Positions 38,267 through 52,899 of a DNA stretch of 64,000 bases are shown one piece after another (position 1 is the stretch's first letter; the number at the start of each line of letters is the position of its first letter). The notes below the pieces were generated by a model. That model did not search any database. It saw only the letters and a program-made list of their open reading frames with translations, and was not told the origin of the DNA. Source of the stretch: Octopus vulgaris (taxonomy: Eukaryota); the NCBI GenBank assembly GCA_951406725.2, contig OX597819.1:81902001-81966000 (forward strand), in the 5' to 3' direction. Both the position numbers and the translations under genes were made by a program.

Positions 38267-40515
38267 ATATTAAATATATATATTTAATATATATTTATAT
38301 ATATATATTTAGACACATACATGTATGTACTTCATATATGTATTATATATAAGTATGCACACACACATACACGCACGAACAGATACACACATTATTTTCG
38401 ATGAGTGCTTATCGTCTCGACGATGAAAGAAAAGGTAATCGAATATTCAGATTCACTGAATCTACATTGAAGCATATTCAACTATCATGTGTATTGTTTA
38501 TTCAACACCATTTGGTTGTTGTCAGATACTGAGCATAGACATTAATACTGAGTGTGGATATTATTTTATTTAATCGATGAGAAGTAAAATATTTTGGGAA
38601 AGGAACACTAAATAAATTAAGTATCAAGAGGTGTTCTATTTTTCACAAGTTATGAAACTTTCCATATATTCTGAACACTCCGAGCCACACTCATGTGCGC
38701 GTTCGCACGTGTACACGCGTGCTAAAATACACAAGTTTTAAGTACATTTCGATAATTTTCTTTCGAAAAAAGTAATTTTGATAAGCAATTACCATTATTG
38801 CCTTTCTAATTTAAATACAAGTCAGTGTTCCTGAGGAACAGAAGTCTACATCTCAGTTTTATTATATTGTAATAGTTATCTTATAGAAGCTACAGAATTA
38901 AATCGTGAACTGAATTTCAGTAAGTTCGTGCTCTGAAATGTAGGGCAACAGCATTGCATGCTAAACGGTTAATCGTCAGTTACAGTCTCTCTACTACCAT
39001 TTACTCCGCTTACATTTTTTTCTAAATATCATATAACGAATTACAACTTTGTCTAGTATTATTTTAGGATAGTGAATACAAGAGAACATACAACAAAGAA
39101 ATGACAAGTAGTCGCATGTTAGAATTTATTATAGAAGAAACAAAAGAGATGTTTTCTAGAACCGAAGAATAATATGGTTTGAGGGTACATTGTCATGCAC
39201 TAAATGGAAACAACTAAAAAATCGATTTGTAACCATAGAAAAGAAAAGAAAAGAAAAAATCTGAAATACAAATATACAAATAATATGATAGAATGTTTTA
39301 AAGATCAAACAAAACGACGATACAAATAGATGGGAAATATATATTATATATGTAAAATATGTTAACTTAAATACGAAAAGTAAGTGCTCAAAGGCAAAGG
39401 TAGAAATTCTAACCTGGGCGGATGTGACGGGAGAAAAATACTTAAAATGTAATATAGAATAAAAATCCTGGTATATTTTCCGCTCATATTATTCTATTGT
39501 CACTCACGTTTTACTCTGAAAAGAATTTGAAAGGAAACAATAAATAGTTCCTTTGGATATAAATACAAAATTTGTATATGCGTGTATATGTTTGTACATG
39601 AGTGTTTGCATGCATATGTGCATTTGCGTTTTTTGTGTATATGTGTGACTGAATACATAAATTGTAGATCAACATTAGAGCGGCATTAGCTGAACGTTGG
39701 CTAATCATCAAAACAACAGACGAATGATTAACATAGGATAGAAGTAAGATTTGGGATAACCGAATTTACAGTCCGGTTCCAATACTTAGCTGGATGAATT
39801 TCAGTAAAATAAAATAAAATAAATTAAAATAAAATTTTAAAAAAACATAAAATAAAATCATGTATGATTTTGGAAAATTTCCCTAGAAATACCTTCTGAA
39901 TGAAAATTATGTTCGGTTTCTGAGTGAACAGAGAAACTCAAACATTTCAGGTCGAACCTTTCAGTAGAATGTAATCTATAAAGACTCGTCGTAAGTGGCA
40001 GATGTTATGAAAGAGTTGAAGGAAGAGAAGGAAGGAATGATCGGTGAAAGAGAGAATATATAACTAACAAAATATGTTGTTAATTAACTAAAAGTAATTT
40101 TACTCTAACCATTTCTAATTGTCTACACCAACAAGTGTATATACATCTATATTTATTTTGTGATTCTCCTATCCTAACTTCGTAAATTATGGTTAAGTCC
40201 ATGTGTTGCTGTTGAGGTTAAATAAAACTAAAATCTGTCTGGCATTTTTTCTGCGTTGTTTCCCATCTTTGCCGAAATAATTAAATTAACATTCATGGAC
40301 AACAAATATTTTTTCTCGTCGCAAAATTATTTCAAATTATTCTTTTAATATACTCTTTCATGAAATATTTTGTCAATTAATTATTCATTGCTTTTCCCCC
40401 TGCAGATAGCGTCTCTTAGTTATAACCCCGAGGAATGTATTTAGTCTCATGCATATTCAAACATCTCCATTGACGTAACATTATCAGACTAATGACTCAG
40501 AGTTTCCTTAATATT

Positions 40516-41062
40516 CTTTTCTACTCTTGGCACAAGGCCCGAAATTTTGGGAGAGGGGGGCCAGTCGATTAGATCGACCCCAGGACGCAACTGGCACTTA
40601 GTTTAACGACCCAGAAAGGATGACAGGCAAAGTCGACCTCGGCGGAATTTAAACTTAGAACGTAAAGACATGAATTAATGCTAAGCATTTCGCCCGGCGT
40701 GCTCGCCGCCTTAAAGTTTATGTAATATATTTTTTTCTTTCTTTTCTACTCTAGGCACAAGGCCCGAAATTTTGGGGGTGGGGCAGTTGATTAGATCGGC
40801 CCAAGTACGTAACTGGTACTTAATTTATCGACTTCGAAAGAATGAAATCTAAGTCGACCTCGGCGGAATTTGAACTCAGAACTTAAAGATAGACGAAATA
40901 CCGCTAGGTATTTCGCCCGGCGTGCTAACGTTTCTACCAGCTCACCGCCTTAAAAATACATATTCTTTTCTATTCTAGGCACAAGGCCCGAAATTTTTGG
41001 GGTGGGGCAGTCGATTAGATCGTCTCCAGTACGCAACTGATACTTAATTTATAGACCCTGAA
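40516..41062 (-). mobile_element. SINE trimer (28395 family) flanked by a single 17-bp TSD
   Basis: Three tails TTCTTTTCTA(C/T)TCT(T/A)GGCACAAGGCCCGAAATTTT; TSD AGAGTTTCCTTAATATT at 40499-40515 and 41063-41079. Confidence 0.9.
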
Positions 41063-41659
41063 AGAGTTTCCTTAATATTAACACAATACTGATCATCAAT
41101 TGGCCAAGTATTAACATGCAAGGAGTATAAATCGCAATAAAAATTCATTGATTCTGAATGCAACGTTTTCAAAATAATATCATGTTACCTACTCGCATTG
41201 CTACATCTATTTTTCAATTAAGGAATAAGACACTAGGTCTAATTGCGAGCACCCTATAATTTGACGAAAGCAAATTAGGAAATGTTGGTACCTACGCATT
41301 TTTCAAGGACATCACACTCAGAACTGGTCTGGTACTTTCTTCTTGCTCTATAGCAGTTCAACGTATGAAATCTAAACACTAATTTCTGATAGTGACATAA
41401 AGCTACAAAGGAATGAATTTATTTGATTAAATTTACTTCAGTATAGTATTGGTGCTTATTTTAATGACTTTTTTTTTTATTAAGGACATGCTAAATCCTG
41501 GGAAATTTGAATTTTGAAGGAAGAGTGGCATAACCAAATACAGCGATGAATTTCTCGGCGTTCTACAGATTTCGTAATGCTACTGCATTCTACAGTGTCT
41601 CAGTAATAAACTTTACTGAATTGTCTTAAGATGGTAAAATGTTTAGAATGGTATTTGAA

Positions 41660-41870
41660 TTATGACAGCCTATAAAACAAAGACAGACGTAGAGCGGACA
41701 GCTGAAGGAGGAAAGAGAAAGGCAGGCCGGTGAAGACGTGGCAAAGGATTGTACGGAGACTTGACCGAAATGGGTATCACTTGAGAAGAACGGTGCAGTT
41801 TGGCTCAAAATGGCACTGATTCGTGAATCCTCATTGCCCGATGGTCTCTAAGCGAACGGAGATAACATCA
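41660..41870 (+). mobile_element. RTE-clade LINE 3' fragment
   Basis: EGGKRK.GRP.KTW...DLTEMGIT*EE...LAQN. Confidence 0.6.
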
Positions 41871-42517
41871 TTAAAAAATACTTTATTCTTTTACTTGTTT
41901 CAGTAATTTGACCGCGGCCATGCTGCAGCACAGCCTTGATTTGTATATGAATGATGTATACATCGTAACTGTAATAATTAAAAGGCAATTAAATATAGTA
42001 ACTAATACGAGGGGGTTTTCTGTCACGTATAGTTCACAATCAATGACTTGTAGTAAATCTGCCTCGACAAAAAGAAAGAATGATTCATGAGTGATATAAA
42101 TTTGCAACAATGAACTTATCCGGCAACTGAAGGAAATATTTTTAACCATTTAGCAATTAGCGTGATGCTATATCAATGAGCACATGTAATCACTGTTAGT
42201 GACAACAGCGGCCATTACAACAGTCGACTCAACTCAGCAGTGACACCGCAATTTCAGTAGACACTCTAACAGCATCCATTCTAAAAGCAATCTTGAACAC
42301 ACACTAGCATCCAACCATCTGCTGACAACTATGCAGAAAAGATACAACTCAGGCCAATTTATATCACGAAAATTACTTCATTACTTTCAAGCTTGTTTTT
42401 AAATCTCCAATCAACTGGACTTTAACGTCAGCATACATCATACATGTATAGTAGGTAATATGAAGAAGTATATGGCAGACTCATTTGCACTCATACAGGC
42501 ACGCACCTACATGCATA

Positions 42518-42586
<69 letters not shown>

Positions 42587-42608
42587 ACACATATATATGA
42601 TAATAATG

Positions 42609-42651
<43 letters not shown>

Positions 42652-42664
42652 TGATGATGATAAT
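42518..42664. repeat. (CA)n plus (TAA)n/(TGA)n microsatellites
   Basis: Directly visible. Confidence 0.95.
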
Positions 42665-45600
42665 ATTAGGGAGTATAACTCCAAACTTACAGGGAAAAAA
42701 TATATATACATATACAATCCCAAATACTTTACTCATAGCCTATCAAATTGACATACACATTATCCAGCGTATGAATTCCAGCCGTTTCTGTAGAAACGCA
42801 CGCACGCACGCACACAAACACAAAAAATACAGAAAACATAGTCACATTGATATATACATACACTTTCTCAGAGCCATCCCTTAATTACTCAGCAATTAAA
42901 GAAGTTTTTCAATAAAACTATCCTTGAATACGGAGATGTACTTGCATAGCAAGTGACCTGACTTCAGAGTTAAGCTTACTCACAAATAACTTTGCGAACA
43001 TATTACCTTTAAAAACTCTTAACAAAATTATGCAGCCTTAACTAAATCTAGAGTGAATAAGCAAATTTAAAAGACGTTTCTCATCGCAAAATAAACTATG
43101 AAAAGGCAAAATAAGAGCCAATAAGCAAGCACGAAGACAAATTAACGTAGAAGCAAAAGGATGATATCACACTCAACTCCAATGGATATAGATATACCAC
43201 TAAAACTGACATGAAGGTCGCAGCAGCATGAAGCTCAAGCCACGAGATAAGAATTCCTTATCATTATAATTTTATCATTATAGAATTCATTTCATTATAG
43301 TTAATCAGATACTCTGCAATATGTATTGAGCATTATTCCCTTCTCATTTTTTCGACACGATGCAAGTTTTTGTGTATGTATGCATATAATACATACATAC
43401 ATACACACTTACACAGAAATGTATATATACATCTATAAATACATAAACACAAACATACACACACATAAATACGCTCACACAATATATATCTAAAATCCAT
43501 AGACTAGCTAGTTAGAAAGAACTCTGCTTCACTTCGGTTTCATATTTCATCATATCTTCAGTAACATTCTTGCCATCAGTTTTGAAGTTATTTTCTATTA
43601 ACAGTAGTTGTATCTTATCAATTAGACTTGTCATAGACGAACTAATTCTATTATTGTGAAGTAGAGATTATATTTCCGCATTCTGCGTTTATTGTAGAAT
43701 AAAACAATCTGAGAATTTTTTTCCGTTTTTCAGTTTGGCTGAATCTCTATATTTCTATAGACTCAACCAAAGTATATTGATACTTATTTGATCAAATCTT
43801 TATACAGCAAAAAGCCAAATTCACGCTCGTGTGATTTGATAACAGATTTTAATTCAGTTCTTAATAATATTATTAAGCACGTTTATACCTGATTAACTTG
43901 CAAAGCTCTTCAAAGTTAGTTACAATTCAATTTCTAATTGATTAGGTACGATGTCAACTTTTAGTAGGCGCGAATCACAGTTGGTTGAATCAAGTCAATG
44001 TAATTTTGGTACTGTAATCGTTCTTTGGCATCACAAGTGTAGTGAATAGGTAAATGCAGAACCGAAGGGATGTGAATTCCGAAGTAAAACAAAAAGACCT
44101 GAAAATTTAATTCTGTTGAGAACCTTAGACATTTGCGTCAATCTTACTGAAGCAATAATAAATTATTTAGAGAACATCATGCTTTATGTTTTGCAATCTT
44201 GAAACTATACATTAAAACTATATTTTTGTAAGCCCTCATGTAGATCAAGCTTTCAACCGTTTGAAAAAACCATTCATGCAAACATTCAGTGTGAGTACCA
44301 TGCGATATCAACGAGAAGAATCATATTCCTTTAAGAACATTATAAATTTTCTGAATCTTGATTCACACCAAGATATTTATAGTTTTTGCTGGAAGAACAT
44401 TAAACTTAATATACGTTTCTATGATACTTTTTCAAATTAACTAACGTGTATGTTGCTGCAATAGTTTGGTCTACATTACTTATCCATCACTTACGAAACT
44501 TGCAAAAACGTGACCTATTCTGATTTTTAAGTAGAAACTTAGAAGCATTTCCCTAGATTAATGTTGTCATTCAAGATGTCGAAGCTGCGTCGAACACATT
44601 AAACGAAGTAGTATTTTACCATTAAGAATTTATAGGAGTGTGAATGGCTCTCGTTCTGAAACTGGAATGACATTTATTCAGATATATAAATAAATATTGA
44701 GATCAATACACATATAAACAAATGATACGTATATGTATGGATGAACGCATGCATGTATGTAATACATCTACCTACGTTTTTCTTGATAGTGGGCAGAAAT
44801 TACAGAGTGACTCAAAGGCCAAGAGTTTCGTGCTTTGGCACTTACTAATATATATATATATGCGTGTCTTTGTGTACGCGTGCGCACGTGTCTCTTTGTA
44901 TGTGCGTGTGTGTATTTCTAATAGATGCCTCTGAATACGACGACAAAATATTTTCGTGTAAAATCTATCAGTGTTCAACAAAACTCGTATAATATCAAAT
45001 CACAGTAAATATTAAATAATCTGGAAGTATAAATTTCATACCCATTCAACTGCAATGCTAAGACTATACACGTATATGTACATTCTAATATATGTCCCTG
45101 ATATATCCTCTGTCACAAGTTATATTATTCGATATAATTCATCCTATAATCATACATATCTTTTGTCGTTTATCACATAGTTGTTTCAGTTGTTGGACTG
45201 CAGCCATGCTGAAGCACTTTTTCTACGGTTTAGTCAGCATATAGATCTCAGTACCTATTTTTATGTTCGATGCTTATTATATTGGTTCTGTATTGAACTA
45301 CTAATATTGCAAGGACGTGAACAGGCCAATGACAGTTTAAAAACGTTGGGAAAGGACATACACAAATACAATGATACACACACATAATATGCATAATGAA
45401 TATATACATACATAAATAGATGATTCATATATATATAATATGTGTGTGAGTATATATCTATTTGTGTATATATATATATATATATATATAGAATAAAAAG
45501 TTTTGAATGGTACAACAATGCACTATAATACAAACAATTACCTGTTGTAATTTAAACATCCATAGTCTGATGATATTTCGGAATAAAATTCCTACTATAG

Positions 45601-45899
45601 ATATTCTTAGATGGAGTCGCTATAATCGGTTTTCCAACGGCTTTTTCTTTCGGAAGCGTCTCAGCAATAGTCTCACGAAGCTCCTTCCGGAATTCCTCAT
45701 GAGAAGTGCGTGAGGTTGGCCATGTCTCAATCTCATGTGTGCTGGTACATCTGTAGCGCTGCTTCTAAGTTGGGTATTACACGTGCTGCTTCCTTTTTTC
45801 CCTTCTTTTTTATCTTCTTTTTTTTTGCTATAAACAATGGATGAGCTTATCAAAAATGAACCTACACGCATCCAGATGTAGCTAAATAATATATTGATT

Positions 45900-46130
45900 A
45901 CCAACCTCCATCCTGTCGTTAATTTGGGGTCCTAGTCTGTGTATGAGTATAGCTTTCTTAATTAGAATACCATCAGAATGTTAGAGGAGCTGTGCTAGGC
46001 AGTCTCTGCTAAAATGAAAACCATTTTAGTTGGGCTGAAGAAGTTAATTTTTCTTCAGGAAGGCAGCTAGTCTTGATCTAACCATCCTCTCGAATACTTT
46101 AATGATATGAGACATTAGTGAGATCAGACA
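45900..46130 (-). mobile_element. CR1-like LINE RT fragment, decayed
   Basis: SLMSHIIKVFERMVRSRLAAFLKKN*LLQPN*NGF...RDCLAQLL. Confidence 0.7.
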
Positions 46131-46799
46131 GCAATTCGCTTCAGTGAAATCAGGCAGCAATTCGTCTTCATCATGGATGAGAATACACGAAGCTACACGA
46201 GACAGTAAGGGATTTTGAAACAAATGAATATACAGATCACAGGAGGTAACTTATAGGAATATCATAACTGTTGTTTTCCTTGCATTAGTCCTGGTATCTT
46301 TGTAAGGAACTGCATTCACAATGAACTGCTCGTGCACGTCCAAATTTATAAATATAGCAGTCGTGGGTACATGGAAATCCATACAAAATATGTGCACACG
46401 CACTTGTAAAGACACTCATACACTCACACTCACACTCACAAACACACACATATGCATATATATATACATATGCATATATATACACATATGTATATACATA
46501 ATGCACTCCTGCATTATGCGTTTTGTTCGTCTATGCTTATGTGCACATAATTGTGGAGTTTCACAGATTTTGACGCCAAATTTGGTCCATGGGGTTGTAA
46601 ATTCATAAGTATGTGTATGCATGTATTTTTTCTGTAAATCATGTGATGTCATGAATATGCGCAATGCAAACATTTAAGTTTAATGAGACGTGTGTCTTTC
46701 ATGCATAATGTTCATATAATACATATAATCAATATCTAGAGAATAACTTATCCAGGCTGGAAGTGTGGTACAGTGTGTAGGTGGAGAGTAGTATTTGAA

Positions 46800-47100
46800 T
46801 TTTCAAAGTGTGAATTGTTGCTTGTGCATAGAGTAACAGAAGGTTTCCTTCCTAATGTTTAAAACGTTAACTATTGTTGTTATAATATTTAGTTTTTCGG
46901 TGATGCAGAGCTTGCATTTGCTGTTCCTGTTTTTGTTGGCATTGACTCTTATGCTCCAGTTTATATGGAGCTTTCTCTCTCTTTTAATGCCCATACCATA
47001 TTGGATAGAGATGTAAGTTTTTTGTTTTTATCTCTGAAGGAAGACAAATGCTGGATATATCTTTCTTTGAAGGTGTTATCCATCCTTCCAGTGTAGGATT
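46800..47100 (-). mobile_element. Penelope-like element, GIY-YIG endonuclease C-terminal remnant
   Basis: YTGRMDNTFKERYIQHLSSFR...TSLS...; INWSI...CKLCITEK...LN.RKE.F...HK. Confidence 0.75.
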
Positions 47101-47373
47101 TTGTTAAAATCCGTAATACTGACCTTCTGACTCATTACGTTCTGAGTTCCCCCGCTAAAATTGTTGGCCTTCCTTCTCCGTTGTTACAAATTTTACAAGT
47201 CGCAAATGCTATGCACAAGGTAAAGTCTCAACTTAAGGAAACTGATTTAAAGGAATTTGGATATATCGGACTAAATAATTATAAAACAATCTATTAATGA
47301 ATATTTATTTAAAAAAAAAAACTAAAAATTAACTGTGGAGTGAATGGTATAAACTGATGGTAGAAAATTTTGA

Positions 47374-47430
<57 letters not shown>

Positions 47431-47625
47431 GACACATAGAGAAGGAGTGAGTGAGAGAGAGAAAGAGAGGGGGGAAAAGGGTGTGCCTTAGTGCAATGAA
47501 TGTGAGAGAAGTTGAAACAAGAAAAAGCAAGAATAGCAGAGATAAATAAAGAAGACGTGGAATACCACAGGTGTGACCGTTCAACAGTGAAGAATGTTTG
47601 TGAGACGACATGAGTGAAGATTTGC

Positions 47626-47677
<52 letters not shown>

Positions 47678-48083
47678 AAGAGGGAGAGAGAAAGAAATAG
47701 AAATGGACAGGGTGACGTTACACGGAAAGAGGATTATACAAATGCATCGGTGTGTTATAGAACTGAACGAGTACAGGAAGAAGATAATTAATTGTTGATG
47801 TTTATCTGTAGGGAAGCTCTGATCGAGCAGATATTTGACAAAAAAAAAGTCCATGTCTCTCCAGTCTTTTAAGAGTATCTCGGAAAAAAATGAGCCAGTA
47901 TGATTAATCTTTCTGTATTGCGGGAGTGTCACTGTGCCAATAGTAAAACACACCAGTTCTATTTCAAATATTTATCTTTTATTTGTAAGTTGGTCGACTA
48001 TTTAACTAATCAAGTATTCGATTTTTTATAATTTGCTCGATCAATAAATTAAATAAATAAATAAATACACTAAGATTTCCACT

Positions 48084-48207
48084 TATTTCTTTTTTATTTT
48101 TCTAAAATTTTTGTTGCGTCTTGCAACCACTTCAATAGATTTGACTCTCAAAACTATTGAAAAGGTTGCAAGACGCAAGGAAATTTTTTGAAAAATAAGA
48201 AAGAAAT
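48084..48207. repeat. ~125-bp imperfect palindrome (foldback core)
   Basis: TTGCGTCTTGCAACC..TTCAATAG.TTTGA ctc TCAAA.CTATTGAA..GGTTGCAAGACGCAA, with AT-rich outer arms. Confidence 0.75.
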
Positions 48208-48904
48208 CTTACCGGTAATTGTTTTAAAATATAAGGCACCAAAAGAGAATGACTCTCCCCAGACACAACAGAATATGCTTCAACACACGAACTCACATAA
48301 AGAATCATGCAAACCAAATCCCAAAACAAAATAAATACATTAAGTTTGTCCAAATCCTTTCGTTCCCATTCACGAGCCATAGGTTATGATTCTAAGAATA
48401 TTTTGCTGTTATTATTGTCTCAGTAAGCAACAGCAGACATACTCCTTCGTTGATTTGATACTGAGAAGTTGAATAGAATATGAGAAGACTTGTAATAATA
48501 TATAATTGTATGTACAGGTATGTCTTGTCTGTGTATGTATGTATATGCATGTGTACGCGCTTGCGCGAGCGTGTATAGGACACCACTTATTTATCGAATT
48601 TTAAGTAGTAGCAGGCAGAGGATGCTTAGAATCATTTCAATCGCAAGTCTGCATGAAACTATTGTACCATCAATTTCCATATAGAACGTTTCTGCGATTT
48701 TCGAATTATGACATGTTTCTGTATAACTTTGTAAGCTTTATAATTCAAAATGTTTATCAAACGAAAGAGAAATTAAACGAAAACCGCGTAATCGTAAAAT
48801 GTGACACAAAAATTTTAGTTAATTGATAAAAGAGAATCCCACCACAAAAACAATTCAGTAGCACGTGCTTCTGAAATTGATGACGTAAACTTCTCACCAT
48901 CATA

Positions 48905-48938
48905 TATGCATTATGCACACGCAAACACGCACGCGCAC

Positions 48939-48969
<31 letters not shown>

Positions 48970-49107
48970 CGCATATGCACATGTGTATATGTATACGTAT
49001 GTATCTATCTATCTATATCTATCTATCTATATATATATACATATGTATATATGTATGTATATATATATGTGTATATGTATATATATATATATGTATACAT
49101 ATATATG

Positions 49108-49189
<82 letters not shown>

Positions 49190-49200
49190 TACACATATAT
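48905..49200. repeat. Compound (CA)/(CATA)/(TA) microsatellite
   Basis: Directly visible. Confidence 0.9.
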
Positions 49201-49599
49201 CGTATTGTATTATGTTCTATATAAACACAGCTAAAATACGCCATTAAATGCATTCGTTTTTAAATTAAAGTATTTTGTGAAGCAAACAAAATATTTGTGA
49301 AATTGTTAATTGTTACACATGCTCCAGATAAAAGCTATTATAAAACTAATTGCATGATGTAGCGTTATTGATTTCCTACCCTTCTTGTTATATGTGAATT
49401 TTATGTGACTTGTTCTTTTATTATATGGCCTGTGTTTATATGTTAGATGCACAAAATTTCCAAATTGAAAAAAAAAGTTCTATATATATGTCTGTATATG
49501 TGAGGATATATATGTTTGTTTGTGTGTGCGTGCTCTCACGCGTGTGTGCAGGCGTGTGTGCGCTCGTATATGCAGATATGTGAACATAAAGTATATATA

Positions 49600-50030
49600 A
49601 TCTTTCTATAATTGGCGTTATGTCCGTCTGTCTGTCAGTTCCTTTTTCACGGTCAAATGTCACGGGATCTTCGGGATTGCAAAGGAGGTAATCAGGAAGG
49701 TCTTGTAGCGAAAAAAATGTGACAAAGAAACGGCTAATCGAAGTGGCTGTTCTTTACATCTGTTTTGTCAATCAAAATAACCAGAACATCCAGACATTAT
49801 TGCATAGAACAATGACAGGTAAGGCTTAGTTTGAATCTTTGCAACCCTAACGATTCTGTTCATGTATTTACAGCAAACAAGGCACAGGGCCAGGCTTTAG
49901 ATCGTGTAGGTGTATTTTTAATCACTCCGATGTTTACATACAGCCAGTTATAACGTCGCTATGAGTAATTTGAAAATTAGTGTCGACTAAACTGAAAATA
50001 TCGTCTACAAAGAAGTTTTGTTATCATATT
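49600..50030 (+). mobile_element. Helitron remnant (PIF1 helicase C-terminus)
   Basis: TANKAQGQALDRVGVFLITPMFTYSQL*..AMS and TENIVYKEVL match Helitron helicase motifs V/VI and terminus; 5'-like TCTTTCTATAA...GTCCGTCTGTCTGTC near 49600. Confidence 0.75.
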
Positions 50031-50574
50031 GATATTATTGAAAGGAATGATTCATAATTCAAATAAGGAAATTTGTGAGCTTTGAATCTATAAGAGTATA
50101 AACAAGCGTAAAATAGCGTAAACAACTAAAATAAAAGTACATCTAAATAACGTTTTTTCTTAATACTTTTTAATGTAGTGATCGAAGGAAGCTCTGGCTT
50201 TCGTTAGGAGGGGTCGAAATAACCATTCATATTACAGAGGCTGGGAGCCTATTTCAGTTCGGGAGTGAATCGTCAATCACATGTCACTTAGTCGCAAACA
50301 CATGTCATATAGTTGCAAAAGAATGCTGCATCACCAACAATAATGTGATTTCTCTAAAACATCACTCAGTAATCTATCAAGTCCATTTATACATTTCTCA
50401 ATACATACTGCTGTTATGACTTCCCCCCCTCATCGTAGATGAGTAGATTTGCTAGTACGTTTAATGGAGATATATTTATTCTGGATGGAACAAGGACGCT
50501 TCAACAGGTTACATTTTCACTGCATGACTGAATTTATGCTTAATGTACAATTCGTATGTGGTATATTATTTACA

Positions 50575-50805
50575 CATGCGCGCACACACGCACGCACGTG
50601 CACGCACACGTACGTACGTATGTATGTACGCATGTATGTATGTGTGCATGTATGTATGTATGTATGTATGTATGTATGTATGTATGTATGTATGTATGCA
50701 TGTATGTATGTATGTATGTATGTATGTATGTATGTATGTATGTATGTATGTATGTATGCATGTATGCATGTATGCATGTATGCATATGTATGTATGCATG
50801 TATGT
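50575..50805. repeat. (TATG)n compound microsatellite
   Basis: Directly visible. Confidence 0.95.
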
Positions 50806-51666
50806 GGGTACATATATTTTTATACCGAAAACTCTAGGTATTTTTTATTTATATTTAATTATATATATATATCCGTTTAGTATTAACTGTCGGAAAAAAG
50901 GCACTCAGTACCATGGTAGAATTTAATAACACTTTATTTCGGCTGAAATAGTCTCTCGCTACTCCGAGTCTCACATATAGGCAAGCAGGATATTTAGGCA
51001 AGTTGTCATAACTTGCCTCAAGATACTGTGCATCTACTATTGAAGAATGTAAGTAATTCATAGCGTACCTAATCGAATCAAGTTATGTAAGAATATAATT
51101 CTTTGATTACTTTCTCTCGCACCTTCACACGCACACATGCACACACATACACAGACACAGACACAGACACAGACACACACACACACACACACACGCGCGC
51201 GCGTGGTTTCTATTTTAGGCACAAGACCAGTAGTTTAAGAGGTTTCAGGACTAGCACTTAGCAACAAGTCCAGTATTTGATTAACTCTTTATTTTATCAA
51301 TCCCGAGACGATGAGAGACAAGGTTGACCTCGATAGGATTTAAACCCATAACGTGAAGAACCAGAACAATTAAATGAAGGCATATCCTGTCAAGCCAACA
51401 CTCTCAGTAAACTGGAGAAAAATGAAGAAAAGAAAGATGAAGTAAAGAAGGCGCAAAGAAAAATATAACGAAAGAAAAAATAAAAGAAAATAAAGGTGTG
51501 TTTAGACCATATCATAATTTCATTACATTTTGATATAGTTAAATTTACGGAAGCAGCGAATTAGGTTGAATAAATTAGATCTGCTTGGTCTGTGGATAGC
51601 GACCTAGATTTGTTTATTAGGAACATGAAGAATACAATATACGGGTGTGATTTAATACACCCACCC

Positions 51667-51724
<58 letters not shown>

Positions 51725-51726
<2 letters not shown>

Positions 51727-52270
51727 TCGTCGTCGACTTTATCTTGTATCCGAGTATTTATTTTCTTTGCTGAACACTTCCTTGATGACTCCGAAGACCA
51801 AGTTTTGCTTAGTAGAGTCGATGGCATTGATTGCATTGCAATGTTGGTGGATGATGAGGTTGATTTTGTCGAGCTTTTCTCTCCCATCGTTTGATTTCTT
51901 CCTTTTCTCTTCTGGTGGCTTCGAAGCTTTTGGTTCCGACAGTGATGAAAGGCCGGCACTTGGTACGGTCTCGGGCATGTATTTCTAATGATTTGGTCTC
52001 AATTCCAGTGACTTTTAGTGCTGCTCTGCGTTGGTCCTTGTACCTTCGAAGAGGACTTCTCTGTGGTCTTCTTCTTGAAGTGAGTTCACTAAATAAGACT
52101 TAGCATGGGAACCTTAACCCTTCCATTCTTGCTACATGTCCTGATCATCGATGACGGTGTTTAATGATCAGTGATTCGATACTTTGTTGGCTATTTGGAG
52201 GGCTTTGTTGTTGGTCACATAGTGTTCCCATTTGACACTCATGATTGGGCAAAGCTTTTGTTGGTGAAAA
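51725..52270 (-). mobile_element. RTE-clade LINE 3' end with (GAC)n tail, abutting (TA)n
   Basis: ELTSRRRPQRSPLRRYKDQRRAALKVTGIETKSLEIHARDRTKCRPFITVGTKSFEATR...KRWERK, then a degenerate Cys/His motif. Confidence 0.8.
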
Positions 52271-52471
52271 AAACGATACAGAGTCCGGGTTTTGCAGTCA
52301 AATGGCAAGGTTGAGACCAACAGCATTATAAACTATAATGTTCATTGTGAAGTTAAGATTTCTGTTGTTGAAGACGCGTTTGGTTAACTTTCGAAAAGCC
52401 CCATGTGTTCCACATCCTTTTCTTAAGTGCACACATTCTATACACATTTACTCAAATTCGGAAAAAAAAAA

Positions 52472-52504
<33 letters not shown>

Positions 52505-52899
52505 CGTGCTGCGTGTGTGAAGGTGCATGGCCAATTGGTTAGGTTGTTAAACTCTCCACGATCGCAAGATGGCTTCATCTTCTGGACGGGGTGATGCCTT
52601 GTTTTCTGTAGCAAAACACTTCATCTCACGTTGCTCTACAATTATGTCTACTTGACACTGTTCAGGCAAATATCATTCGTGCGATGTGTTCGACAAGAAA
52701 TTGCAGAATCGCCTTTCGCGGACTATGTGAGTCTACCATCAGTATGTATGAGTTTGTGTGTGTTTGTGCTTGTGTGTATGTGTGAGTGTGTGCAAGTGTG
52801 TGCGTATGTGCAAGTGTGTGTATATGGGTGGATGTATGTGTTGTATGTATATAACTGTATATTTACACACACACACACATACACACACATACATACACA

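Noticed and set aside
39935-39970. Minus-strand ..GAA-AGG ttcga CCT-GAAA hairpin
   Set aside because: Catalytic core too degenerate to call a hammerhead
45568-45595. CTGATGA-TATT-TCGG-AATA-AAA hammerhead-like motif
   Set aside because: Lacks the G of GAAA and has no convincing stems I and III
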